Source: the human T2T-CHM13v2.0 reference genome, Homo sapiens. From it: a DNA stretch of 64,000 nt. The stretch is taken from assembly GCF_009914755.1 (NCBI RefSeq), contig NC_060928.1. One strand, written 5' to 3'. How positions within the stretch are numbered: the stretch's first letter is position 1; every line of letters begins with the position of its first letter. The translations under genes were made by a program, and so were the position numbers. Below the pieces are notes generated by a model that saw nothing but the letters and a program-made list of their open reading frames with translations, had not been told where the DNA came from and searched no databases. Shown in pieces: positions 1 through 21,293 of the stretch.

Positions 1-1269
1 CTAACACAAGCACATGTTATTATATCATTAATAAGAGGAATTAAATCATTGGCTCTGCTGTTTCCAGGCTTCAAAGTCAATTTGCTTTTATTGTAGCTAA
101 CTGGCAAAAGAGAGAAGTCAAATGATCAGTTTACAACAGGAGATGCCATGTCATTTGCTACACAATCAGTCCTCTGTGTTCTGTCAATGAGGATGCACCA
201 AAAGAGGTCACTTTCAAATTTATTGTTGTAATAAAATTTATTGACCTGTGATCAGTGGAAATGAGATTATACCAGCCCTTTCTTTTGTGAAATATAACTT
301 TCCAAATATTATAAAAGCTAGAAAGTAAAATAAATATTTTTGTGTAGGGGAAAGTAGATTCTTCTGACCTACCATGTTGGGTTTCTTACCCTTGCTTCTA
401 TAGTCAGAGTCCTTTTGGCTGTATGTAATGATAGAAGGAAAGAGAGGGCTTGAGAATATCATTATAACTGAGTGGTTACTGCAGAAGACAAGAAATTATT
501 CCTTACCTAGTAAAAATAACTAGCTACCTAGAATTTGCATAAAGGCAACTGAGTTATCTGCAAATTTGGTATGCCCAGGGATGCTAAACGAATACAATCG
601 ATACCTCATGAAGATGTCTGGATGTTATAGGAATAATGTTGCAGACAAACAATATTGTAGATAGAATAAAAAATGATTTCAGAAGTGGTCTGTCAATCTT
701 AATGCAAGTTCTATACAATGTAGAGTGCACCACTGTACTCCACTGTTGGCTCTTAATACACTTTGTTTCACCCTGCCAAGGAAATAGTTATGAGTAAGAC
801 CTCAACTTGGATGCCAGTCTATTCAAGATACTTCAAAATGATCAAGATTCTATTGAGTGAGATTCAGAATTGTGTGAAAACAGGCCCTTAACGAAGGGCC
901 CTTCAGTCTCAGATAGTAAGAATCAATGTCGTGTCCTAACAACCTATCTGAGATCTTTAGTAACTTGATATGACCATTTGTGGCTGTATACATATTATCC
1001 TGGTATGAAAATGAGAAAAGGTATCATTTGCTTTGGTTGATAATAGGGTTTATTCCTTCAATATATATTTGAGTGCATATTATGTATTCTACACTGATGT
1101 CAGCTGACATAAATCAGTCAAAACAAAATGAAACCAAAAACAAATGCAAAAGTCAAGGCCCCGATATTAAGAAGAATGCATTATAAACTTGTTACCTAGT
1201 AGGCATACTGTAACATGTCATTAGAGTCACAGATAAAAGATTTAAACAGAATTTTAATTTCATTAGCAA

Positions 1270-3135
1270 CTTTGTTGAATGTTCTCATCTCTAGTAATTT
1301 TCACATGTATTATTTTAGGTTTCTATGTAGAAAATCATAAAAACTGCAAGTAATGGGAATTCTATTTCTTTATATCCCATCCATGTTTATTTTACTACTA
1401 TTTTCCATTTCATTTTACCATAATTTACAAAAATTGGCATAAATTCCTTTGGAATCAATTTGTTTTCTTCTTTTTTTTTTACTTTTGACATTTTAAGTAA
1501 AATATGATACACACACAAAAGTGCACAAAACTACACATATAACTCAATAAATTACCACAAAGAGAACATATTTGTAGCCATCACCCTGATCAAGAAGCAG
1601 AATATCACAAGAACACTGAAACCATTAGACCCTTTCCAATTATCACCTCTACCTTCCCCATGAAAAGTAACTAATATGCAGACTTCGAACACCACAGTTT
1701 TGTTTTCTTGTTTTGGAATATTTTATAAAGTCATATAGTATGTGTTCTTTTGTATCCAGCTTTTTTCTTTTGTATTTAGCTTTTTTACTTCATAGTATAT
1801 CCATGAGATCCATCTATTTTTTTTAAATCTTAAATTCTGTTACCATCATATGAATACAACATGATTTATTTTTACATTTTTCTATTGATGGACTTTTGGA
1901 TTGTTTCTGGTTTTTGTTTATACAAGAAAGACTGATACATAAATAAATTTTACATATGTCATTTGGTGCATATGTTCATGTATATATTTTTAATATATAT
2001 CTGTAAGTAGAATAGTGGGTTTATAGAATAAGCATACAGCCTTAATAGATACTGATACTCAGTTTTCCAAAGTGGCTGTATACTTTAGTTGTACACACCA
2101 AAGTGGTATTTATAATACCACCAGCAGTGTATAAACATTCCTGTTTCTTAATACCCATGCCACCATTAGGTATCATTAGTCTTTTAATTGTAGCCAGTTT
2201 GATGGGTGTTTAGTCATATCTAATCATGTTTTTTTTTAAAAAAAAAAAAAAATTTCCTGAATACTAATAAGGTTAATCAACTTTTAATATTATTATTATT
2301 TTGATATTTTAAGGCTTTATTATTTTCCCTTTCACATTTAGATCTACAATACACCTGCAACAGACTTTTATATATGGTGTAAAGTAGAAGGAAAATTTGA
2401 ATTATTTCAGCACCACTTTCTTCAGTGCTACCTTTGATGTGAATGAAGTATGTACGTATAATTGGGTTAACTTCTAGATTTTCAATTATATTCCAGTGTT
2501 CTTTTGTTTGTTCTTGTACCAGTATTCTATTGTATTAATTATATACCTTTACAAATTAGAGTTGTATTCATTAGATTATTTCACCATGTTCTTTTAGAAG
2601 ATTTTTATTATTAGAATTTTTGACTTCCATACAAATTTTATAATCATATGCCAATTTTTAAAATACTTATTGGAGTTTTTAAGATTGCATGAAATTTCTA
2701 GGTTAATTTAGAGAGAATTGCTGACTTTAAATTTTGCATCTTCCAGGCTGTGAAGAGAGTATATACTTCAATTAAATTAATTAAAAAAAATTTATCCGAA
2801 GAACATTTTATTATTTTAGAAGCATTTTCACACATATTGTTTTCAATTTGTTCTTAGGTACCTAATTTTTTTATAGTATTGTTAATTTTAAAAATCATTT
2901 TCTGTTTTTGGAATGTAGAAAGTTGATTTTCGTACATCCATTGACATTGTATCTAGCAATCTTCAATCTTGCCAAACTGCTTATTAATTTAACAATTTAT
3001 ATGTACATATTGTAGATGTTCTAAGTTTTCAATCATAGTGTTTGCAAATAATGATTATTTTATTTCTTTTTTCCACCTTTTATTTTTTAAAAGAAAACTG
3101 TTATTTCCTCATTGTGTATTTATAATCTCCAATAG
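1270..3135 (-). mobile_element. Ancient L1M (L1MC/MD/ME-type) 3'UTR and ORF2 fragments
   Basis: Degenerate antisense L1 motifs such as 'aaaagtgcacaaaa', 'tctattgatggacttttggattgtttc', 'agttttccaaagtggctgta' and 'taatttagagagaattgctgac'; heavily diverged, boundaries approximate. Confidence 0.7.
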
Positions 3136-3164
3136 ATGTTATTCATCTATCCAATAGATGTTAT

Positions 3165-4220
3165 GCAGGGTTACTGGCAATTTTCATCTCTGCAAACATT
3201 GTTTCTATCTAGAATCTCTGCTTCTTTTGGAACTCCAGTTAGGCATATGTTAGAATTCTCAATGTATCCCATATTTATCTTACCTTCTTTTCTCTATTTC
3301 CCAAACTTTTGGAGCTCTCTGCTTCATTTTCAGTGCTATGCTGCTGCTATGCCTTCTATGCTATAAGGTCCTTGACTTTCTTTTCAGTTGTATCTAATCT
3401 ACTATTAACCCAACTACTGAGTTCTTAATTTTAGCTATTGTATTTTTGGGATTTAGAATTTTTGTTTAGCTCTTTCTTTTATAATTCTCTTTGCCAAAAT
3501 TCTCCACCTTACATTATATATCCATGAACATACTAATCATAAAGTATTTATATGCTAACTTTATTATCTGGATTCTCTGTGGGTTATTTTCCTAGTGTTT
3601 GTTGTATATATTTGTTTGGAACACACCTTTGCCTTCTGCCTTATTATTATATGTGTAATACCAGATAGGAAACATTATAGAAATATTATGAGTTGTAAGA
3701 TGCTGTTAACTGCCTCCAGAAATGTTTTATAATGGTTTATTTTTTATTTTGTAATAAAGAAGGTAGAATCAATCTCAGACCACTTTAATCCAGTTCTGGA
3801 ACTGAAATGATTAGAAGCTGGATTTAATGAAAGATCATATTTACTTTTGCTTTATCCTTACTCCTGGGGCTTAACTTTACCAAACTTGTGAATTTATCAG
3901 CACTATTTTCCCATTGTCAGACTGTGCATGCCAATTTTTGTCCCCTTGGTCTACTGAGGCTGTTTTCTTTGTTCGTCTTCTCCCACTATCAGTTTCCTCT
4001 TCTGTAATCTGCATATTCCCTCAGGGATAATGGACTTCACTGCCGGGCTCACTTTTCCCCATTTACTTCCTTTTCCTTACAAATCTTATTTCCACAGTTC
4101 AAAATTGTCTTTGTTAGCTCTCCAGTGCTTTCAAACTTATGTTTGTTGTGTTAAACTACATTTTCTGGTTATTCTTAGTTCACGTGTGGAGCTTAATTAT
4201 CAAATCTGCCTCTGCTGAAA
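3165..4220 (-). mobile_element. Ancient L1 ORF1-like / HAL1-like fragment
   Basis: 'ggaactccagttaggcatatgttag' and 'cagttgtatctaatctactattaacccaactactgagttcttaattttagctattg' resemble antisense old L1 ORF1/HAL1. Confidence 0.5.
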
Positions 4221-4484
4221 TTTCTTCCCTTTATTTCATTAAAATTTCCTCCCCTTATTATTTTTTCTCTAGCTACAAACAAAAATTACTGGAGAGAGAC
4301 TTTCAGCAAACTGGAGTACATAAACATTTATGAAGCATTTATCACACACCATACCATTAGTATACAGTTTAATTGTCCCCATATTCTGTGAAATCATTAC
4401 TATTAATCTCCTTTTAGAGATTAAAAAAAAAATCAACAAAACAGTGGATAGAAGATTCCACTTTAAGAGTGTTTTTCATATATT

Positions 4485-4638
4485 GATGTACACAAATCAA
4501 CAATTCACGTGGGGTTATTGTTAAATGCAGACTCTGGGTTCAGGTGATCTGTGGTGTGGCCTGAAATTCTGTATTTTTAATGAACTCCCAGGTCAGGCTA
4601 ATGTTGCAATTCCATAGATCACAGATTGGGTAGCAAGG
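4485..4638. mobile_element. MER5A-like hAT-Charlie DNA transposon relic
   Basis: 'ttgttaaatgcagactctgggttcagg...ggcctgaaattctgtatttttaatgaactcccaggt...gggtagcaagg' matches the MER5A pattern. Confidence 0.75.
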
Positions 4639-5182
4639 CACATCACACCACCAACACAGTTTTTCTTTTTGCCCATATGGTTTAAAATCAGTCCTCCTCC
4701 TCTTCTGACAAGCTTATCTTATTCCTTTCCAATTCTCATACTTCCCTCCTCCATGCTTTAAAACAACTTCCCTTTCTATGAATTTGCTGCCAGTAATATT
4801 CTAACTAGGCTCCCTTATTCCTCAGTTTAAACTGTAATCTTGAACTCATCCATACCCTACTCCCGCATCTGACTTTCTGTTGCTTATACTCTATGGCAGC
4901 CATAAGTCTAGCTTAGTCAACAGCTTTGGAGCTCCATGCTTTCCAGGTTTAATTTTTTCAACATCTGCCTTTCCTTTCATTATTTATTATTTTCTAGTAA
5001 ATGAGGGTTGTGTGTTAACATGCAAAACCAAAAACGAACAAAAGCCAACAGGCTTTCTGAGTACAGAGATCAAGTTGAAAAATTATGAATACTATTTCTC
5101 AAAATGAAATTGAAAACTTCTGTGCCATACTAAGGTAGTTTACTGGAAATAGGAAACAAAGTCATGTTACGATTGATGAAAA

Positions 5183-11810
<6,628 letters not shown>

Positions 11811-13230
11811 AAACATGATTTCTTAGTCTTTCTGGGCCCTCCTCTCCCTAACAAAACACATTCCAAAAGAATGGTAAATATGATATCAGGATAAATGAAA
11901 AAGAAGACAATTATGTCAGAGGGAAAAAAACAACCTTATCAGATTTCATAGCAAATGATTTCAATTCGTATCTAACTTCTTTAGCCTTTTATATAATGTC
12001 AAACTCATTCTCCTGAGGAAAAGTAAGATTGTGCTTTTATCATTTAATATTAAGAACGCTCATCATTTTGTTTTGCAGAAATTTTAGCTTGAATGTTGAT
12101 TAAATATTTAGGTGGTTGTTAAATTTGGTGTTAATTTGCAGGACTTCATTATTTCCAAGACTTCTAAGTTTATATTGTGATTTCTGAATCAAAATACTAG
12201 CTGGTCTCAAAACCTTCAAGGACACTCAACAATAGTTTGTATCAAGGAACACAAAATCTTTACTAGTAAAATTTCCAGCCCACTCAGTTAAAAACACCAG
12301 ATGGCACTATTGAAAAGATGTGTGAAGAAATTGAGAGGGTAAGTATATTAAGGATTTTGATTAAAAAGTTTTAACCTTTACTTGAATCCATATCTTAATG
12401 TAATCTTTTTCTATTAGAAAATCTGGATCTCAATATGATATCACCTCCTAACAAGTTATATATTAGCAGCAAGTTTAATTTTTTTAGTTTAGAATATAAT
12501 TGACAAAAGTTTGCTTAGTTTTGATTATATTTTCTGAGTTAATATTATTAGTATCTGTAAAGCTAAAAACAGTTGAATAATGAGCTTGAATATTTTAATG
12601 GCCTTACCTTGATTAGGTTGAAAAAGTAATGGTGGAGGGCGGAAATCATAAAGAAAGTAATTTCACAGCCAGCCAGCCAAACACATAAAGTACACAGTTT
12701 TATATTTTCCTGCTCCATAATTTGTCTATTATTTTGTATACACACTTATGCATAATAATGAACAAATTGTAGAATACTAAAATATAAAAGTTATTCAGTT
12801 AACCAAAATGAAATAAGCAGAAACAGTTTCATAGCCATTTTAAAATTTATAAAGTACTGCTACTGTCCTGCCTTAGTAAACTTACCAGTCAAACCAGCTG
12901 TTTCTTTCATTTCATCCAAAGGGGATCAAGTGAGAATGTGGTATAGCAATGGTACTCCTGCGAAAGGAAGAACAAGCCAAATAAGCTTGGTGAGGGTGGG
13001 TGCTCAAAAGTCCAGTGAAATGGGAAACCCAGGTGATCAGTGACAGTGGTGGAAGTATCATTAAAACTGTAGGACATTCGTGAGGAATGTGTTCTATTAA
13101 TAGGGAAATCCCAGGAAATTATATCTTGCTGACTCCTTAAAAGGAGGAAATCAGTTGTAGGAACACAAGTCTATCTCTTTCTCTTCTCTGTGCTTCTTTT
13201 CTTTCCTTTCCTTTCTGCTTCTCTTCACAG

Positions 13231-13311
13231 GGCATGAATGAAAACTGGTTGGCAAGATACCAGGAAAAATTAGAATACATGATCTGGACTAACTTGGAGA
13301 AAGAGGCCTTG
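13231..13311 (+). other. Candidate 81-nt internal exon (gene unknown)
   Basis: ~60-nt polypyrimidine tract ending 'ttcacag' at 13230, donor 'TTG|gtaaga' at 13312, length a multiple of 3 and open in frame 0; no transcript evidence. Confidence 0.35.
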
Positions 13312-15079
13312 GTAAGAACCAAGACTAGCTGATTTTCATACCTCTTCTGAAAAGCTCTCAAGCGTTTTCCATAGTGCAAGAGCTATTAATTTTACAAGTT
13401 AGCTAAATTGCCAAGTTTATTTTGTTAGTGTCCATCTTCTCTTTCTGAGTGCCTCTCCTATTTCCCCTTTTGATTCCCTTTATATTCTCTTCTCTTCTTT
13501 TCCAGGCAGCCAAAGGTCAAAACCTGCTAACTCACAGTTCTGACTTTTCCCTGATAAATTTCTTTTTTTTTTTTCCCAACCAACAAAATCACAACTAAGT
13601 GTCTGCATAGGAGTTATCAGCATGGCTAAACTAAGAAAATTCACTTTAGGGTATAAACATATGTCCCTGCTATCCTAGAGACACATGTGTTTCTACCCAC
13701 CTCTTTGGTTTACTCCCACCTACCTAGTTAAAAGAAACAAAATCAGCATCAAAGCCAAATAAATATTTTCACCGCCTGTCTTTCTTACTCTTGATAATGT
13801 TCTCTGGTTGCAAATGATGGTAAAAGCTATTAATTGATGATGTGGGTACTGGTGGTGGTAGGAGGATTTGTAAAATGAATGGGTACAATAAGCCGGGAAA
13901 TTTAAAGCATTGAAATTTATGACGGGGGGTAAACATGAGTAAGAGATTTTGCTCTGCCAAAGTTTAGCAACTGTAAGTTCTGTATTATAGCTCTGACCAA
14001 AAGATAAGGCCAAAATATTTACTTTGACTAGGAGATAAAGCCAAAAAATATATCCTAAACATTGTCTTATTGAAATCAGAGACCTCTCCATATTAAAACA
14101 AATAATTATTCTATTATTCAAGGAGCAAAACCAAAATAAAATTGTCCTATGCAAAGAAAGTAGTAGGCAGGTCTTGGGTATCAGGATTTTATATGACATT
14201 GATAAGGAAAGTTATAGAGAAAGAATTTTACAAATAATACATTTACATTTGATTTTTCCTCCACATATAAAAAAAGAAGGAATTTTCAGAGCATTAAAAA
14301 AAGAAGCCCATTAATTCACTTTTTTATTCATTATAACACACAAAGCTTATGAATACTTCTTATGCTGTAGGTAGCATCTGATAGTTGGGTTAGCCATGTG
14401 GATCATCTCAGGCTACTACCTCACCCTGAGGTGGAAATAGACATAAAATGGAAATATACAAAATAATAAAGAGACAAATCTGTCTTATGCCTTTTACAAT
14501 ATATTGAAAGTTTAACAAGTTTAAATAAATAGAGTATCAGTGAAAGGAAATTTGGTTACAAGTGACAGAATTATACAGAAATGGTCAGAGTAAGACCTTA
14601 GCCATTCACCTCCAAGAACTATCCAAAGGGAAGGAATCCCTGTGCCAAGGACTTGAGATGTCTAGTCTAGTGCCTGATATTTGTCTTTTGTGGGAAAAAC
14701 TGTTATGTTCTGATGCTTTTAAACATTCATCTCAAATAATCAATATTTCTGTTGTGATTCTTCTTTCAGCCTGCAGAAATTCCCTGTTCATAATGTTACT
14801 TTTTCTATAATTTGCTTACAGAGAGAGAATGCACTGGTTGGAGGGCTTGAAGTGTCTGAATATTTTAGCATTTATACTTATCAGTATACACTATTAAAAA
14901 TGGCATTTTAATTTCTTTATATTTGTCTCATGAGCCTTATCTGAATGACTCAAACTCAAGTCTGATTAAGTCTGAAACGCCTAAGGTGACACTTTTAGAC
15001 TGTGTTCTAGGGAGTACAACTGCCCCAGCAGTTGTAAAGGGATGTTTTTAAACTAAACATTTTGTGCTCAAATAAATGT

Positions 15080-15580
15080 GAAACTGAATTCAAATTCACA
15101 CTGTATCTACTCACTAACTATATGACCTGCATCAAATAGTTAACCGCCCTCTCCCCTTTTTTTTTGAGCTGGGGTTTCACCCTGTCACTCAGGCTGGGGT
15201 GCAGTGGCTGATCCTGGCTCACTGTAACTTCCAACCCAAGCAATCCTCTCACCTAGCCTCCTAAGTAGCTAGGAGCACAGGCACACACTACCACACCTGG
15301 CTAATTTTTTGTATTTTTGGAAGTGATGAGATTTCGTCATGATGCCCAGGCTGGTCCTGAATTCCTGAGCTCAAGTGATCTACCCGCCTCAGCCTCCCAA
15401 AATGTTGGGATTATAGGCGTGAGCTACCATGCCTGGCCAACCCTTTCATAATCTGTAAAAATTCCCATTTTAATAATTATATCTATATAAGAGAGTTGTG
15501 AACTCTAAATGACAAAATAAAGGTAAAGTAGTCATCACTGTATAGTACTGAGTAAGGGTTCAGCAAATAGCAGCTGGTAG
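15080..15580 (+). mobile_element. MIR SINE split by an AluJ
   Basis: 'tgaattcaaattcacactgtatctactcactaactatatgacc' before the Alu and 'cataatctgtaaaa...aataattat' after it. Confidence 0.6.
15157..15438 (-). mobile_element. AluJ
   Basis: Poly-T start, 'caagcaatcctctcacctagcctcc' and 'cctgagctcaagtgatc' (J-type), end 'gcctggcc'. Confidence 0.9.
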
Positions 15581-16209
15581 CCACAGCAATAATAGAAAAA
15601 AATAGCCTTTAAATTACCATATCTATGTCATCATATCAGAAGTCATTAACATTGTTTTTCATCATTAATGCAGCATTATATAAGATTTTGTTCATTTGTA
15701 CTTAATATCCTTTATGTAGATTGGAAACTAATGTTAAGCTAATTTCTGGAATTTTTTTTTCAATGACAGGTTTCTATTCGTCATCAAAAGACCTTCAGGC
15801 AATTAATAAGAGACATGAATGAGAATGAAAGTGATGATATAAAGCATGTTAATAAGTGTATAAAGGAAACATGACTCACTGAGAAAAGTAAATACAGCTC
15901 CATTGACTAAATTCTAGTGGTAAAACTAACTGATAATGATAAAAGAAGCCCAGAGTCATATAACAACATTTATTAGGGAAACTGCACATTCAACTAGTGA
16001 TAACAAAAGCAAAATATTAACAGAAAATATGGGCAAGGATTATGGTTTCTGAATGTTGGAATTAGAAAAGCTAAAATATCCCATGCAAAACATTTATTTC
16101 AAATTAAAATGTTCTTTAATAACAAACTAGTTTGCATTTCAAACAATTACTGATAAAGATTTCTGCATTAATAGGCCCTATAACTCATTATATGAATTGA
16201 TAAATATAG

Positions 16210-16600
<391 letters not shown>

Positions 16601-16984
16601 TAATATGTTAAATTATTCTGAATTTTAACTCTTATCACCAACGTGTAAAACAATAAAAATGTACATTTACTTTAATCGAACATTACAAAAAACTAATATT
16701 TATGTCTATATCTTGATCTATATATTAAACAAGTTAGTATGAAAGTTATCAAAATCACAGTAGTAATAAATTACTAAAGTACATAAGCAGACAATAGTCT
16801 CATGAAGAAGTATAATTAGTAAACAAACAGGAAAAATATTTTTAACTTTGTGATATCCAAAAACTAAAGTAAAAATAAGACTTTAACTTTGCTTATAAAA
16901 TCAGCAAAATTAATTTAAACTTCTAGAGTAGTAAAACTCCATGCTTTACAGGTAGACAAGAAGGAACATTGGTTTTGGTGTTTG

Positions 16985-17220
16985 ACAAAACATTTTGGAT
17001 TTGAATCCGAGATCTCTCAATTGCTATGTGATTTAAAATAAATTCTTAATATGCCTGAGCCTCTTATTTTTTTCCTTTGTGCAAACCTGGGGATAACAGT
17101 ATTTTTCTTTTGGGATTGTAAAGAGGTGAATAAAATAAGGATTATTTATGTTTTTTCTCCATAATCATTACCAGTATCTGACATATAGTTGACACTTGAT
17201 ATTTGTTAAACTAATAAATT
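16985..17220 (+). mobile_element. MIR fragment followed by an L2 3'-end fragment
   Basis: 'ggatttgaatccg...gcctgagcctc...ggggataacagta', then 'ccagtatctgacatatagttgacacttgatatttgttaaa'. Confidence 0.55.
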
Positions 17221-17235
17221 TTTAAAATGTAATGT

Positions 17236-17333
17236 GTTGTTTGTTTCTTTGTTTGTTTTGATATAGGGTCTCACTATGTCTTCTAGGCTGGTGCACAGTG
17301 GTGCTATTATGGTTCACTGCAGACTCAACCTTC
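17236..17333 (-). mobile_element. Truncated AluJ/FRAM-like fragment
   Basis: 'tttttgatatagggtctcactatgtcttctaggctgg...ttcactgcagactcaacc'. Confidence 0.75.
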
Positions 17334-17808
17334 TTCTAAAGATTGATGTCTGTGGCTACCAAGATTCGTATGTTGAAACCTACTCACCAATGTGTTGGTA
17401 TTAAGAGGTGAAGCCACTGGGTGGTGATTGGGTCATTAGAGCAGAGCCCTAATAAATTAGATTATTGCCCTCCTGAAAGAGAACATAGTGAGCTGCCTTG
17501 CCCCTTTTACCATTGGAGGGTGCAGAGAGAAGGCACCATCGATCAACCAGTAATTGAGCCCTTACCAGACACAGATCTGCTGGTACCATGATCTTGGACT
17601 TTCCAGCCACCAGAACTGTGAGAAATAAATTTCTGTTGTTTGCAAGCCTCCTAGTTTATTGTTGTCATAAATTTATTTAATATAGTTGCTGCCTTGGCAT
17701 CAATTTATAGACCTGACATAAGTTGCTTGAAACTTAGTTGTACCACATCACCTTTGGCCTAGTTAAAACTTACCCTCCCAATGTGGTTGTTTAAGATACG
17801 CCTTCCTG

Positions 17809-18108
<300 letters not shown>

Positions 18109-18616
18109 TATGCCTTTCTTAATTTATCATCTCACTGATCCAAAACCCAACACATTCCACAGCTGCTGACAATGGTAAAACCTAATGGTCAATACCAGAG
18201 TCATGCAAACAAATTATCCTAGAATGTGTTTTCCTTAAATTGGCCAATCCATAACCCCATTGGAAAACCTAAGAAATAATATATAAGAACCTTAATAAAG
18301 GCGTAGCCCTGCAGGTTCTCTCTCTCTCTCTCTGTCTTTTCCCCTTTCTCTTTCTCTCTTTCTCTCTCCCTCTGTTCACCTGCTGGTTAAGTTTCTCTCA
18401 CCTCCAGATTTCCCACCAGCCCCTATTTGTACCCCTAACCTCTCTTAGACTTGAGAATAATACATTTCTTCCATTATATGCATTTTGGTTTCACTCCCTC
18501 ATTGTGTCTTACCTAACAGACCCACCGACCGTAACTCTCTACCCCATCAGTGCTCTCTTAGAGGGTAGATATCTGGCTTATGGTCACTCTCCAGAGAGAC
18601 CTTAAGATCAAATTAG

Positions 18617-20174
18617 GCTCCCTCTCCCTCTCCCTCTCCCTCTCCCTCGCCCTCGCCCTCGCCCTCGCCCTCTCCCTGTCCCTCTCTTTCCAAGGTCTCC
18701 CTCTGATGCCGAGCCGAAGCTGGACTGTGCTGCTGCCATCTCGGCTCACTGCAACCTCCCTGCCTGATTCTCCCGCCTCAGCCTGCCGAGTGCCTGCGAT
18801 TGCAGGCGCGCGCCGCCACGCCTGACTGGTTTTCGTATTTTTTTGGTGGAGACGGGGTTTCGCTGTGTTGGCCGGGCTGGTCTCCAGCTCCTAACCGCGA
18901 GTGATCCGCCAGCCTCGGCCTCCCGAGGTGCCGGGATTGCAGACGGAGTCTTGTTCACTCAGTGCTCAATGGTGCCCAGGCTGGAGTGCAGTGGCGTGAT
19001 CTCGGCTCACTACAACCTCCACTTCCCAGCCGCCTGCCTTGGCCCCCCAAAGTGCGGAGATTGCAGCCTCTGCCCGGCCTCCACCCCGTCTGGGAAGTGA
19101 GGAGCGTCTCTGCCTGGCCGCCCATCGTCTGGGATGTGAGGAGCCCCTCTGCCTGGCTGCCCAGTCTGGAAAGTGAGGAGCATCTCTGCCCGGCTGCCAT
19201 CCCACCTAGGAAGTGAGGAGCGCCTCTTCCCGGCCGCCATCCCATCTAGGAAGTGAGGAGTGTCTCTGCCCCGCCGCCCATCGTCTGAGATGTGGGGAGC
19301 GCCTCTGCCCCATCGCCCCGTCTGGGATGTGAGGAGCACCTCTGCCTGGCCGCGACCCTGTCTGGGAGGTGAGGAGCGTCTCTGCCCGGCCGCCCCATCT
19401 GAGAAGTGAGGAGACCCTCTGCCTGGCAACTGCCCCGTCTGAGAAGTGAGGAGCCCCTCCGCCCGGCAGCCACCCTGTCCGGGAGGGAGGTGGGGGTCTC
19501 AGCCCCCAGCCCAGCCAGCTGCCCCTTCTGGGAGGGAGGTGGGGGGTCAGCCCCCCGCCCGGCCAGCCGCCCTGTCTGGGAGGTGAGGGGCGCCTCTGCC
19601 CGGCCACCCCTGCTGGGAAGTGGGGAGCCCCTCTGCCCGGCCACGACCCCGTCTGGGAGGTGTACCCAACAGCTCATTGAGAACGGGCCATGATGAGAAT
19701 GGCGGTTTTGTGGAATAGAAAAGGGGGAAAGGTGGGGAAAAGGTTGAGAAATCGGATGGTTGCTGTGTCTGTGTAGAAAGAAGTAGACATGGGAGACTTT
19801 TCATTTTGTTCTGTACTAAGAAAAATTCTTCTGCCTTGGGATCCTGTTGATCTATGACCTTACCCCCAACCCTGTGCTCTCTGAAACATGTGCTGTGTCC
19901 ACTCAGGGTTAAATGGATTAAGGGTGGTGCAAGATGTGCTTTGTTAAACAGATGCTTGAAGGCAGCATGCTCGTTAAGCGTCATCACCACTCCCTAATCT
20001 CAAGTACCTAGGGACACAAACACTGCGGAAGGCCACAGGGTCCTCTGCCTAGGAAAACCAGAGACCTTTGTTCACTTGTTTATCTGCTGACCTTCCCTCC
20101 ACTATTGTCCTATGACCCTGCCAAATCCCCCTCTGCGAGAAACACCCAAGAATGATCAATAAAAAAAAAAATAA
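18617..20174 (+). mobile_element. Full-length SVA retrotransposon (probably SVA_B-D)
   Basis: (CCCTCT)n hexamers ~18618-18690, antisense Alu-like domain, GC-rich VNTR ~19060-19660, SINE-R ending 'aagaatgatcaataaaaaa'; TSD aagatcaaattag (18604-18616) / aagaccaaattag (20175-20187). Confidence 0.97.
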
Positions 20175-20707
20175 AAGACCAAATTAGAAAGAAACCATAA
20201 CCAAAAAAATCACAATGATGGTATTTTGTTATAGCAGCTCAAATGAACTAAGACCAATGAATAAAGGGATGAACAAACATGGAAAATGGCTATAAGAGCA
20301 ATAACCAAAAATATATCCCACAAATATTTATTCCTATCTCTTTTTTTGGAAATGCTGAAATACAATTTCATATTGCTGATGACAATGTAAACCAATTCAA
20401 CCTTTTTAGAAATTAATTTGGAAACTTATAATTTGTTATAAAGTTGTTTGAAGAAACATACAACTTTAAAAACCCAACAATCCTTTCTCTAGGAACTTTC
20501 GCTTAAATGTTATTCTAAATAAGGCAAACACAACCCAACATCTAGTGATTCATAAAATTTTCATATGAAGTATAAAATGAATGATTTTTCCAAGATCACA
20601 CATCCAATCACACTTCCACAGAGGAGATTACTGTTAACAGTTTGTGATGTTCTTCCAGTCTTTAAGAAAAATCTCATAAAGCATGTTGATTAAAATCATC
20701 AGTGTAC

Positions 20708-21113
<406 letters not shown>

Positions 21114-21242
21114 TTACAATGACTCAAGAAAGCTGTATTCTGTACAGTGAAACGATTGCTTCCTGTGGACATAGCAAAAGACTGAAATAAGAATTCAAGC
21201 AATATTATTTAATGAGGAACAGTTTTTGCAATTGTTGTTATA

Positions 21243-21243
<1 letters not shown>

Positions 21244-21291
<48 letters not shown>
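21244..21291. repeat. (CA)24 microsatellite
   Basis: Uninterrupted CA run. Confidence 0.97.

Positions 21292-21293
<2 letters not shown>

Noticed and set aside
618-797. ~59-codon open stretch (LDVIGIMLQTNNIVDRIKNDFR...)
   Set aside because: No recognised homology and no convincing flanking splice sites; expected by chance.
13720-14199. 159-aa minus-strand ORF in unique DNA
   Set aside because: No recognisable domain, composition typical of random AT-rich ORFs, and no supporting gene structure.
18558-19990. Cluster of overlapping GC-rich ORFs and CpG-island-like composition
   Set aside because: Entirely within the SVA (hexamer, Alu-like, VNTR, SINE-R); not a gene promoter or CDS.
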